64,000 nt of DNA from Octopus bimaculoides (lineage: Eukaryota), in assembly GCF_001194135.2 (NCBI RefSeq), contig NC_068984.1, forward strand, positions 37,698,980-37,762,979. Direction: 5' to 3'. Positions 14,097-25,994 of the stretch are shown in pieces. Each line of letters begins with the position of its first letter. Position 1 is the first letter of the stretch. The translations under genes and the position numbers were made by a program. The notes below the pieces were generated by a model, which worked only from the letters and a program-made list of their open reading frames with translations, did no database searches and was not told the origin of the DNA.

Positions 14097-14430
14097 AGTT
14101 CGATTGTCTTTTCAGTTTTGTTTCCATGAATTTCCATAATTAATTGTTCTTTCAAATTATCTTCGCTTAATTTTGTAATTATCTCTGCTACGATAATGAT
14201 TTCTGATATTTATTGTTCGAGCGAGCGGAATAGTGAATGAGAGGGGAAAGCTGTTACTAAGCCGGCATTGTTAGTAGGTAGGTTTCCATTCTGGCCTTAA
14301 GGTCACACTTACTTTCTAGTGTCCATTCTCAATTTCATTGTCATGTGTCTAAATATGAAATCATAATTACATAGGTTGAAAACGAATTTTTGCTTGATCA
14401 TGTCTCTCTCTCCCTCCTCATTCTCTCCTT

Positions 14431-14464
<34 letters not shown>

Positions 14465-14962
14465 GTAGATGGATGTGGCGGGTCCGTGTTTGTATCTAAA
14501 AACTTGGTGTTATTTGTGTTGTGTCTATTTATAGACCGTAACTTCGTTGTTCAAAAACCCGATTGAAGTGATGGGGTTCATTTGATGTACTGCAACAATT
14601 GAAGGCGGTATTGAAACCAATGAATAAATGAATATAATTGCGTGTGTGTATGTTCATTATTTACATTGGATGGATAGGTGTCCTCACCTTGGTTGTTGTT
14701 ACCAACACGTTTTTTTCGGATGATGTACTCTCCAGCCTTAAACAGGTGTCCTGGTGGAGTTTCGAACCCAACCCTTTTTTGACTAACGGGATGCTCTGTT
14801 CTCATTCCTAAAGTATTCTTTTTTTGCTGATGTTATTTTTTCTACTGATATTATTTCCCAACTCCCTGCCTGTGGTTAAACTCAGGATCCGAAGGTTAGT
14901 AGCCCGCGCTCTTATCCACTACGCTATATGCCCGTAGGTAATTATATAGTGAGTTTTGGGAC

Positions 14963-15610
14963 TTATAAACGTAATATTTTATCTTTTCTTAATACCAGTT
15001 CCCATATTACGTTCATGTCTGCACTAGGTCTGCTTATGATGTTATTGCGTCCTACTATATGTGCTGCCTCTTTTAATTTTCGTATTTCCCAGTGGTGTTC
15101 TCTGTCTATTATTTTAACTTCATCCCACAGGGGGAGGTGGTCTCCATTTTTCCAAAAATGATCGGCTATACCCGATTTTTCAATATCTCCTTGTGTCACA
15201 GCTTTACGATATTCCTCTACCGCTATCTTAAGGAGGTAGCATGTTTTGCCTTTGTATAACCTACTGCAAATGCATGGAATAGAATGCACGCATTTTTTGG
15301 TTATATTCTCTTTTATGGGTGGTTTTACTAGGAGGAGATATTTGCGAAGTGTTGTATTACTGCTGAATACTGTCCTGGTGTCATATGGACCGCATATCTT
15401 TTGTGTCTTTTCCGAGAGGACTTTGACATAGGGTAGACAGACTGCGATCAATTTATGGGTTTCATCCTCTCTCCTCTTCCTAAGTAGAGTTGATAGTATG
15501 TTTTCTGGGTAGTCGTTGAATAGTAGATTGTTCCTTAGCCTGATAACATCTTCGTGGTGTGTATCAGGATCGCTACTTATATTCTTTGCGCGATGTTTTA
15601 GGCACTGAGT
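14963..15610 (-). pseudogene. Penelope-like RT thumb plus GIY-YIG endonuclease, degenerate
   Basis: LPYVKVLSEK...CVHSIPCICSRLYKGKT...SGIADHFW...WDEVKIIDRE.HW..RKLKEAAHI matches the PLE EN layout; the GIY/YIG residues are decayed. Confidence 0.85.
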
Positions 15611-15627
15611 AACACCTATTCCACCAG

Positions 15628-15673
15628 AACACCTGATGAAGGCTGGAGAGTATATAAGCCGAAACGTTGTGGT
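15628..15673 (+). ncRNA. Minimal type I hammerhead ribozyme motif in pLTR
   Basis: CUGAUGA 15633-39, stem II ggcu/agcc, GAAA 15661-64, palindromic AACGUU stem III, stem I aacac/guggu with 1 mismatch. Confidence 0.7.
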
Positions 15674-15771
15674 AACAACAAATAAGGTGAGGACACCTAT
15701 CTGCCCAATGTAAATAATGTGCATAATTCCTCATCTCAAAAATATAGAATAGTATTATGTATATATGTTAG

Positions 15772-16030
15772 TCGGAATCTTGGGGTTAGTAGCCCGCGCT
15801 CTTAACCCCAAGATTCCGATTCGATTCCAAGCAGTGACCTGAACAATAACAATAATAATAATAATATCGAAAAATACCTTAGGAATGAGAACCCAGGTTC
15901 GAAATTTCCCCAAGACACCTGAAGAAGGCTGGAAAGTATATCAGCCGAAACGTTATGTTAACAACAAACAAGATGAGGACAAATATCCGTCGAATTTAAA
16001 TAATGTAAATAATGTAAATAATGTATACAT
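15772..16030 (+). mobile_element. Solo tRNA-headed pLTR/SINE with inverted 5' end and hammerhead
   Basis: Same layout as 14640-14935 (tRNA-like head, ttaggaatgagaac, HHR, gtaaataat tail) but no ORF. Confidence 0.75.
15914..15959 (+). ncRNA. Minimal hammerhead motif (second subfamily)
   Basis: CUGAAGA 15919-25, stem II ggcug/cagcc, GAAA 15947-50, AACGUU, stem I gacac/auguu with first-pair mismatch. Confidence 0.6.
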
Positions 16031-16324
16031 ATATACACTATATATATAGGTAGAAATCGTCGATCTGGGATTAACCATTAATTTTTTGCTAATTTCCTTG
16101 TTCATTTATCTTTTCACCTGTGCCATAAGAATGCACGATGTGGTTTTAGAGTCAGTTTTGACTTCTATATCTAGCATGGTGGTACCTCTCCAGTACCCTT
16201 AGTTACAATTATATTTATATAACTATATATCTATAGTAATTATCACCTATGCGGGGTTTTTTTCCATGCTGGCTACTTGACATGATCGTTATTTTAAATA
16301 ATGGTCTTATCCTCTTTATATATA

Positions 16325-16327
<3 letters not shown>

Positions 16328-16391
<64 letters not shown>

Positions 16392-16434
16392 GTGCGTGTG
16401 TGTGTGTGTGTGTGCGTGTGTGTGTGTGTGTGTG
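16328..16434. repeat. (GT)n microsatellite
   Basis: Direct reading. Confidence 0.95.
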
Positions 16435-17754
16435 TACTCATATTACTGTCAATGATATTATATATCGACGAAAATTTTTAATAGTAGCAAAGAACTTGTG
16501 CTCTTTGAATGAAGCCCTTTGCAATATCAAAGTCCTTTGTAGCGAGTTACAGATATTCTCTTCTCACTATCACCATAAGAAATGTCTGGAAATATTGATT
16601 GGCCTATCGGAGTCCTGTAAGTTAGGAGCCCCCAACCACGGGGCCACAGACCAATACCGGGCTATGGATCATTTGGTAACGGGTTAGAATCAATTTTTAA
16701 ATTTTACTTCTATTTTATTGACTATCGTAGTCTGTAGGGTATTTTGCATTACATATGTGCAATATATGTAATATATATGCATTATATATGTAATAACTAA
16801 ATTATATAGTATGCACTTTATTGTGTTTCGTTATACTCGTGATACTCCGATCTGTGGGAAAATTGTCTTGCATGAAACCGGTCTGTGATACAAAAAAGGT
16901 TGGTTACTTCTGCTGTAAAGGACTGCGCTATCGTTTACCAATTGCAATATATAGTTAAATTCGGTGCTACCAATAACCCAAAATTCATTATGTTTTCTAG
17001 ATATATCGTACAACATATTTCTGTTAACAACTATGTTCTTGGTTATTTTTTTATTTTCTAATTCAAAGTCAAAAAATGGTGACTAGTAGCTTGGATGGTT
17101 CCAAATTAAAGACAAGTTTATTTACTGTTCTCATGAATATTTACTGTTTTATACTTCATGAAATAGTGAAATTCATGAATTAAAGAAAACTTTATTTACT
17201 CTCCTCATGAATATTTATTCTTTTTCAAGTCTTGAAATCATGAAATTCATGCCCTGGCAATAAATTAATGTTTGAAGTAATCTTATTTTTAGTTACATAA
17301 GATGTTTTCTAAACAGCCACCTTCGCTTCACTTATGAAATTATATGTGAGAGAGAGTATGGATTCGACAAATAAACCAAAGCACTGCAGGAAACATACAC
17401 AAAAAACAACAATTCTGTCATGTATAAAGCTTATTTTCTGTTAGCCTACCTGTGATTCCACTACACCTCTATGTCTAAGGTCTACATTGGGTGCAGTGTA
17501 TGGTGTTTATACACCCGCCCCTTGTTTGCATATTGAGGAAGACCATTTCTTTGATGAAACTGGTGTTTTGTCTTCTTTCCTACTTACTAAAACTTTAGTT
17601 TTTGCTAAGTTTACTCTGGAACCACTTGATTCGAGCTTTAGCTCCTATGGCTAGAATTTCATCATTAATTCCGCTAAAAGTTCAGCTATGCGATCTAGAG
17701 CAGCAGAATATTTGAGTTCCCATGTCTATATGTGAACACATACACACATTTGTA

Positions 17755-17790
<36 letters not shown>

Positions 17791-18134
17791 NNNNNNNNNN
17801 NNNNNNNNNNNNNNNNNNNNNNNNNNNNNNNNNNNNNNNNNNNNNNNNNNNNNNNNNNNNNNNNNNNNNNNNNNNNNNNNNNNNNNNNNNNNNATTATTT
17901 ATATACATACATACATACGTACGTACATACATATACTAATGTTATATGAAATTGTCTTTTAATTTTAAATGCCTACTCTTTAGTATCTGCTTGTTCCCAT
18001 TTAGCATTCGAATGTCGTCTATGCCACCGATAATTTTCATGTATGTTATAAGGGCTAACATGTGAGTTGGCCTATCAGACCTTATCAGTGTGTAGATATG
18101 AAATAAAGTGATCTGTGTTATTTTTTACAGAATG

Positions 18135-21100
18135 GGTCATGAACAATTGCAGTGTCATGTCGTGCCTGATGAGAATTTTTTAATTCAATGAAGATGTTTT
18201 GGAGTTTGATTACTTATTGTAGAAAATGTTTGTGTTTTGTATGTGAAGTGTAAGTAAGTAAGTTTAATGTTGATACCCTGTTCGGAATTGCGGCGATGGA
18301 AAAGAACATAATGACAGTACTTCCGGTTTCAAATTTTTTTTCCTCTTGTTATAATTTATATTATATGGCGTAATTATTTAAAGTTTTAGTAAATGTTGCT
18401 ACATTGGCAGAATTGAGTTGGAGAATACAAAACAATTATACAGATTCTAAAATCTTCGTGGTTTTGAGCTGCGTGTATATAACTTTCGTATTGCTAAATT
18501 TTCGTTTTCTTCACTCGACCGGCGTTGTGGTCATAAAAATCCCTTCATATTGTGTTGCATATTGTGTACAGAACTACTTCATCTACCATGTTCAGCCAGT
18601 TTAAATACGGTAGGCTAAAATTAGAATGAGATTTGACTACTATTGCTAGCGCGTCTTTTATTGAATTGTATGTATGCGTCACACATATAAGTATTAATTT
18701 CAATAATTGAAAATTAAGCTACAAGTCAATCATGCTTGAATAATCTGTAGTCAGAGCTGACGAGAAAATGTTCATTTCTTCCATTTTTCTCGTGGTACAA
18801 ATTGATATAGAAACATTAACACACTCGCACTTTCGTTAAAACATGCTGGGTTTATGTTTTTGCCTCAGGTCAATTGCAGCTCCGATATCTTCTCCAGAAT
18901 TTATACGAGCATATAGTCATTATTTATAATGAACGGTGAATCCATTTCCACAGAAGTGCGAATATAACTGTAACAGTTTGAAGTGATATTTGCCATATTA
19001 TTTGTCTTTCTTTTTTCTTTATTGTATTTCTACAAATCAGTGCATTGTTATTTCCAGTTCATAACAACAGTTAGGCTTCGAATACTTCATATCGATAGTG
19101 TTAGAAATATTTCATTTTTCTGTCGAAATATGAAGATATTACGACAGAGATGTGTCAACTGCTTGAATAAATAAGGAAAAAACAGCCGGAGAAAAAAAGA
19201 GCTGCAGGGAATTCAAAGACATTACTGTCAGAAATATAACACAAGCTAATCTAGAGAAAGCGGTTTTAGCGTCGCGACAATGCGAGTAAAAAACATGTGC
19301 AAGAGCAGGAATTATTTCGACGAGAGCAAATAGAAAGTTTTGGTATTTACTTTTACTCCATGAACATTAATACTTATCACCACAATTTAGTCTCTGCATC
19401 AGTAATTTATGTTTTTGGATATATTTCTGTTTTATTGGTGAAACCATATTCGTATACAGAAAGGTGTATGTATTTTTGTTGATATGTTTAAGTTACATGA
19501 AGATATGTTACATATAGTTAGCTCCTAAACAGTCTATTAGTATGTAGTTTGAGTTAATGGGACGATGCTCTAAGCTTTTAATATTTGGTTGCAGATTCTT
19601 TTAAGGTATTTGTGGAGGATGTGCAGATTATTCAGCCAAACGTTTAGTAATCTTTCCAGATTTTTGTCTTAAGTGACAGTGGGTTTGTATGGTATTGTTT
19701 TTCCTGTTTTTGCTTATTTTTATTCACTATTCTTCGCGATTATCATGTTGTTGTTTAAAACTTATTCTTTCATCTTTGAAATCTCTACTATGACCTCTTT
19801 ACGTTCTCTCCTCTTTTTACATGAGAGTTATGATGAGAGTGTCGATAATGAAGCCTACGAGAAGCAAGCTGATGATAATAATAACGATAAAGACAGGAAA
19901 TGGAACACAGTACTGTTGGTTATGACCGTCCTCTTTATGATATCTCCTAGGATTTGAACTCTGTCCTATAAGGTAGTGAAATATGTTAATGGCTACCTTT
20001 GTAAATTACGATTAACTGAACCTGTGAGAACTTTAGTGTTTATCAAAGGTTTAAGTCTATAGTATTTAAGGAGTGTAAATTGTTGATCCCGCGGCACAAT
20101 AAAAGCTCAAGCAGCTACAATTCTTGAAATCGATAAATAATGAACAACAAAAATCATTGATCTTTATATTACTGTCGGCCACTCCTGTAAAACATAGATA
20201 AAAACTACGCCCAAAATATTGGCTCTCATTAGATGTTGATCCTCTACAAAACTTAAGATCCACAATGGACGATTACCTTCATATCTGTGTCACTGCTACA
20301 AATACACTAAACTATATGCAACAGAAGACCATTTGACTGATTGGTAAAGGTACACCTACTAACACGTTAAAATCTCTAATCCACAGACGAAGTTTTCTAA
20401 CTTTTCCTATTCTATCATTAAAACAATTTAAACAATATCCTCTGCTCATCATAGCTAGCCGCCAATTGCATACCACTTTACTCAGACTCATCTTACAAAC
20501 CTGTTTTTCTCTTCATCACACCTTCATCTCGCTTCATCTCACTTCATCTCGCTCACAAGCCCATACTAAACCACTATTCCTAAACCTTTCTCCGTAAAAC
20601 GTTGACTTTCTGGAATATCATTTGTTACCAAATTTGTTTGTTTTGTTTTTTCTGCAAATGTCGACATAATCTCTCCGTGTGGTAAATTGTAAATGAAAAC
20701 AGAGGTGTTACCTGAAGAATATTAAATTCCATTTCAGAAATTGAGATAAGAACGTGTTTTAATAAAAACAAAATTATACAATTTGATATAAACGAGGAAT
20801 TGATCAATAAAAATTATTACAAGCGAACATATCAAACACGTACAGACAGAAACACAAAGATTCGGGAGATACACAAATTGAAAATTCTGTAAACAGATCT
20901 AGTTAGAGAACAAAAATTGGTAGAAAGTCCTTGCAGGAGCTAAAAAGTTATATATATTAACATTAATTAGATTGAGCAATCATATTTGGGAAGGAAAGTG
21001 AATTTCCTCAAACGAAAGCTATATGTTTCACATAACAGGAACATTAACGCGCTAAACAATGAGCGAACAATTAAGAAAAACAGCACAACACATGCCTACC

Positions 21101-22785
21101 TCTATTGTCACTCCAAAGACCAACAACTGGAAATAAATTATTTCAAATTATTTGGATGAATACTCAGTAATCCACAGAATTGCGCAGAATAGTGAACAAA
21201 AATAAGTAACAACAGGAGAAACAATACAATACATACCGCTACTGTTACTCAAAACTGGAAACATATTACAAAACATTTGGATGAATAATCTGCACATCCT
21301 CCACAAATACCTTTAAGAAATCTGCAACCAAATATTAAAAGACAGTGTATTCATAGTCTGTTTAGGATCTAACTATATCTAACATATCTTCGAGTAGCCT
21401 GAACATATCAACTAAAGTATATACATCTTTCTGTATAAAAATGTGATTTGAGCAATAAAACAGAAATATATACAAAAACAGAAATTACTGATGCAGAGAC
21501 TAAATTGTGGTGATAAATATTAATGCTCTTGGAGAAAACGTAAATACCGAAACTTCCTATTTGCAGTCGTCGAAATAATCCCCGTTCTTGCACATATGCT
21601 TTTTGCTCGCACTGTCGCGACGCTAAACCCGCTTTCTCTAGATTGGCTTGTGTCATATTTCTGACAGTAATGTCATTGAATTCCCTGCAGCTCTTTCTTT
21701 CTTTGACTGTTTTTCTTTATTTATTCAAGCAGTTGACACATCTCTGTCGTAATATCTTCTTCTTATTTCGACAGAAAAATAAAATATTTTTAACACTGTC
21801 AAAATGAAGTATTCGAGGCCTAACTCCTGCTATGAACTGGAAATAATAATGTAGTGATATAGCGTGCTTTGTAGGAATATAATGAAAAGAAGGAATGGAC
21901 AAAAATTTATAGCAAATATTACTTCACATTGTTACAGTTACATTCGCACTCCTATGGACATGGATTCGCCGTTCATTATAAATAATGACTATATGCTCGT
22001 ATAAATTCTGGAGAAGATAGCGGAGCCGCAATTGATGTCAGGCAAAAACATAAACCCAGCATGTTTTATTGAAAGTGTGTGTGTTTATGTTTCTACATCA
22101 ATCTGCACCACAAGTGGAAGAAATGAACGTTTTCTCTTCAGCTCTGCCTACAGGTTAGTCAAGCCTGTTTGTCATCTATCCTAGTTTTCATTATCAATTA
22201 TTGAAATTCATGCCTGTATGTGTAACAAATATACATACAATCCAATGAAGGAAGCTCTAGAAAGAGTAGCCAAATTTCCTTTACATTTCACCTTACTGTA
22301 TTTAAAGCGGCTGAATGTAGTGGATAAAGTAGTCATGTGTACAATTTGCAAGAAAATATGACGAGATGGTCACGGCCAGAAATCCCATCGAGTGATGAAC
22401 ATTTGATAAAAAGAGACAAATAAAACCTTAGTCTAAAATAACGCGTGACATAAATTCAAAAATAGTGAACGTGCGAGAAGCAGATTTCAGAATCTGTATA
22501 AATTTCGTGTGTTCTCCAGTACAATTTTCCTCCAACTACAAATGGACATTTACCAAAACTACAAATATACACCATATATTACAAATCGTAAGAATACTAA
22601 CAATTATTAAAACTAGAAGTATTGTTACTGTCTTCTTTTCTAACAGCACATTTCCGAACAATATACGAACGAGATAAGTCGCATAAAAATACAGATATAT
22701 TGCTAAAAAAATTAAATACCTTTATTGAAGCCAAAAAAAATGCCATCAACACGCAATTCGTCACATCGTAATAGTTCATGGAATT
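18135..22785. repeat. Large inverted duplication, arms ~18135-19745 and ~21180-22785
   Basis: Long colinear reverse-complement matches, for example catgctgggtttatgtttttgcc, gagatgtgtcaactgcttgaataaataa and gtctctgcatcagtaattt in both arms. Confidence 0.9.
20060..20340 (+). mobile_element. Possible decayed LINE C-terminal (zinc-knuckle-like) fragment
   Basis: Broken frame reads LALIRC*SSTKLKIHNGR..LCHC...EDHL, which resembles the CR1/L2-type C-terminal motif. Confidence 0.3.
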
Positions 22786-22953
22786 TTTTTTTTTGTTTTT
22801 TTTTTTGTTTTTTTTTTTGCAAAACCAATTGACATCACCTTAAATTCCTGCTTACATGCCAATGGGTTGTTAAAAGCTAAATAATGCCGTAGGCCTTATA
22901 AAATCAAAGATGGCACAAATAACATTCGAACGCTAAAAGAGAACGGTAGAATA

Positions 22954-23255
22954 CTAAAAATGCAGTTTGAATGAAGCTTTTGCACACTTGTCGAGGCCGA
23001 ATTCCATATTTATGTCATCGCTGAATTTTTTCACAGTTACTAGTAGCCCTTTCAGATCCTTGTTATCTACATTTAATTTCAGGTCATCCATGTAGAGCAA
23101 GTGTGAGATGGTCTTGTCAAACATTTTATAACCGTGATTTGTTCTATTCAACTCGTGAGACAAAGGAATTGTTGTTGTTGGCTTGCTCTACTCTCAAGCC
23201 AATTCCGATTTCTCTGACATATTTCTCGAACTTGGTTGATAGTGCTCTGGGTGCA
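22954..23255 (-). mobile_element. R4/Dong-like LINE fragments (RT domain plus REL C-terminus)
   Basis: ISHLLYMDDLKL...FSDDINMEFGLDKCAK is an RT YxDD motif. Adjacent ALSTKFEKYVREIGIGLRVEQA resembles the REL tail. Confidence 0.7.
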
Positions 23256-24309
23256 TCCCTCTCAAAAGGATGTTGAACGAAACACATATGTTTCCAGAGG
23301 TGAATTATTCAAACTTCAAAGAATTCCTCTCAACACATGGCTATGATGCTCCCCCACTACTTCTGCTCGTGATCAGAGATACACATATCGTCAACCACCA
23401 AGGGACATGCTCAACTGGTTAAGGTCAAACAACTGACAAGCAAATCTGTGGTATTGAAGAGAATATTTGCACTAGCCCATCTTTTACATCAAGGCGAAAC
23501 ATGTACGTGATAACATTTCCAATCAGTTAAGATCAGAAGCCATGAGAGCCAGAGCCTGGTATCGGGGCATTTATTATTATTATTATTATTATTATTGTTT
23601 ACAAAGTTTAGAACGGGGGTAGTAACACTAGGTTATTTTTTGCGATGACGTATTTTAACAGCATTGGGCAGTGGGTGTAATGCTGCAAGTAAAATATCTT
23701 AACAATAGTCTTGTTGCAAGGAAAAAAGAATCTTTCTTATTATCTGTTAATAGCATATGCCATACAAGTAAGCGAACGTTTTTGTAGTATACTCCTTTCT
23801 CAAGTCCTTCAATTCTTTTATATTGATCTTACGTTAACGTAGAAACATAGATCCATACCTAACACTTTATTATCCGTTATTTTCAAAATAACTACCTCCA
23901 TAAATGCTTCTCAGCTCGATGGTTCAATAGCAGGTCTTGTCTTTCCTTGTTTTTTTATTATTATTTTTAGTTTTCAAATAAAGTGGATCTCCATTATCCT
24001 AGCTTCGATTGAAATTGGAGTGTCTCACTAAAATTTTTACCTTGAATTTTATTCCTCTTTTCTTTCTGTGGATGAAGAATACGTTGCCATATAGAAAATT
24101 AGATGTCTTTCTCAAATTTAGTCTTTGCTGCTTTTCATTACTTTGATATCAATAAAATAAGCATCTACGATAGATTGGAATATATTCCTCCTACTAAAAA
24201 GGATCCTTGATGTACAGAAATAATGAAAATGTTTCGAAAGGTAACGTCGTTGCCATAAACGCTTGAGCGTCTAACATGCTTTAGCGAGTCCCATAACACA
24301 TTGAATACT

Positions 24310-24575
24310 GTGGGTACAAAAGTGCAATACAGCCAACCGGCACTCGCAATGGACACACTTGACATGGTGGAGCACCTGGGATGTGACAGTTGGAGGAAGA
24401 AAGAACTGCGCTAGCAACCGGCTGGTATTCATTTACAGCTGAGTAAACTGGGACAATGTGAAACGAAGTGCCTTACTCAAAGGCACAACGTGCCCCCATC
24501 CCACTCGGTCCGGAAACTGAACCCTCGGCCTTATGATCACAAGCTTAACAACCTAACCACTAAAGCACGCGCATT
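24310..24575 (-). mobile_element. tRNA-derived SINE (another family)
   Basis: Reverse tRNA-like head (tagtggttagg...) and ctggtattcatttacagctgagt core. Confidence 0.55.
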
Positions 24576-24627
24576 CGTCCCATAGGTATCACAGGAGATT
24601 CAATAGAATAATTTATCCTTAATATTA

Positions 24628-25050
24628 AGGGGAGCTGGCAGAGTTGTTAGCATGTCGGACAAAATGCTTAGCAGTGGTTCTTCTGGCTTTACGTTCTTAG
24701 CTCAAATTCTGCCCAGGTCGACTTTGCTTTTCATCCTTCAGGATCGATAAAATAAGTACCAGCTGAGTACTGGGGTCGATGTAATCGACTAATCTCCTCC
24801 CTCGAGCTTGCTGGCCTTGTGCCAAAATTTGAAACCAATATTAAGTGGAGTCGGCAGAATCGTTATCACACCGGACAAAATGCTCAACAGAATTTCTTCC
24901 GGCTTTGTTCTTAGCTCAATTCCTACCGATGTCGACTTTGCCCTTCATCCTTTTGGAGCCGATAAAATAAGTACTCGTTGAGCACTGGGGGTCGACGAAA
25001 TAGACTGGCTCCTCCACAGAAATATCAGATTTTGTGCCTACAATAAAAGG
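24628..25050 (+). mobile_element. Two tandem SINE A copies
   Basis: Each has gtcgactttgc..ttcatcct..gataaaataagtac. Confidence 0.75.
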
Positions 25051-25585
25051 AATATCAAGAGTAAATTATTTACCCAGCCCTCTCGAAGTTATATATCCAA
25101 GATAATAGGGGGTGGGGCGTTAAACTCATAAGAACTACAAGCTAATGTAACACGAGTCCAGTTTTCATCAAAGCTCTGGTAAGTTGTTTGGAGCCTTGCA
25201 GTTTCTACTTGTAGATGAAACTGTTCAAGATTAACTCCCTTGAGCACGATATATGCATCCCATCACTGAAAATGAGATATGAACCGCTAGACTCCTCATC
25301 AGTTTCTTTGTTATACTATGATTCCAACAACCTACGACTTATATCACATGCTTTATGGCATTCGGTTTAGGTACCTCCCTATTTCGAGTTCAAATCCAGT
25401 TAGCAGTGACTTATTTTGTATTAGTTTGTCAAAGAGGCTAATAATATCTTCCCAGACAAGCAAACTGTTGATGATAGAAGGAAAACAAAAAACAAGAAAC
25501 AAATAACGGTAATAAATAACAACAATGTGTTGTGCATCAAAGGAATCAAACCAACCACTTGTCCCTTAGATAAAAATTATAAATA

Positions 25586-25741
25586 GGTGCAGGCATACCT
25601 GCGTGGTTAAGAAGCGACCATGCTGTTTCGGGTTCAGTCCCACTGTGCGGCACCTTGAGCAAGTGTCTTCTACTATAACCCCGGGTTGATCATTGCCTTA
25701 TGAGTGAATTAGGGAGATAGAAACTGTGTGGAATCCCGTCA
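25586..25741 (+). mobile_element. SINE family B (also ~28910-29080 -, 40655-40815 +, 61906-62066 +, 62092-62241 -)
   Basis: tRNA-like head gtggttaagaagc...ggttcagtcccactg, then caagtgtcttctactatagc and ggaaactgaaagaagccc. Confidence 0.75.
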
Positions 25742-25765
25742 AATACATGCATACATACAAATTAA

Positions 25766-25900
25766 TATTAATATTTAGCAGAAACAACAGAGTGACTCAA
25801 TGGTCAAGAGTTCCATGCGTTATCAAACTAGTTTGATAAGTGCCAACGCACGAAACCCTCGGCCCTTGGGTCACTCAGTTACTTTTGCTAAAGATTAATA
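25766..25900. repeat. Fold-back palindrome built from two inverted copies of a repeat
   Basis: Perfect 18-bp central palindrome tatcaaactagtttgata (25821-25838) with imperfect arms. Related to 40841-40954. Confidence 0.75.
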
Positions 25901-25944
25901 AAAAATATATACAGGTGTTTATATTTATATATGTCTGGTTATGT

Positions 25945-25994
25945 TTGCACTGACGAGTGGACAGCGTTGACCATGAAATCGTTTCGACATGCAA
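25945..25994 (+). ncRNA. Type I hammerhead-like motif with mutated cleavage triplet
   Basis: Stem I uugca/ugcaa, CUGACGA 25950-56, stem II gugg/ccau, GAAA 25975-78, stem III ucg/cga. The U16.1 position is C. Confidence 0.5.

Larger units (their letters stand above)
14640..15760 (-). mobile_element. 5'-truncated Penelope-like retroelement: inverted pLTR (15610-15760), partial ORF, pLTR (14640-14935)
   Basis: GIY-YIG-type ORF flanked by two copies of the same hammerhead-bearing repeat in inverted orientation, the characteristic PLE architecture. Confidence 0.85.

Noticed and set aside
14868-14933. tRNA gene (also the heads at 541, 25586, 58025, 63350)
   Set aside because: A/B boxes are present but the cloverleaf is not intact and each is fused to a repeat body; these are SINE or pLTR heads.
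15610-15724. N-terminus of the 253-aa minus ORF
   Set aside because: It is the antisense of the inverted pLTR, not PLE protein.
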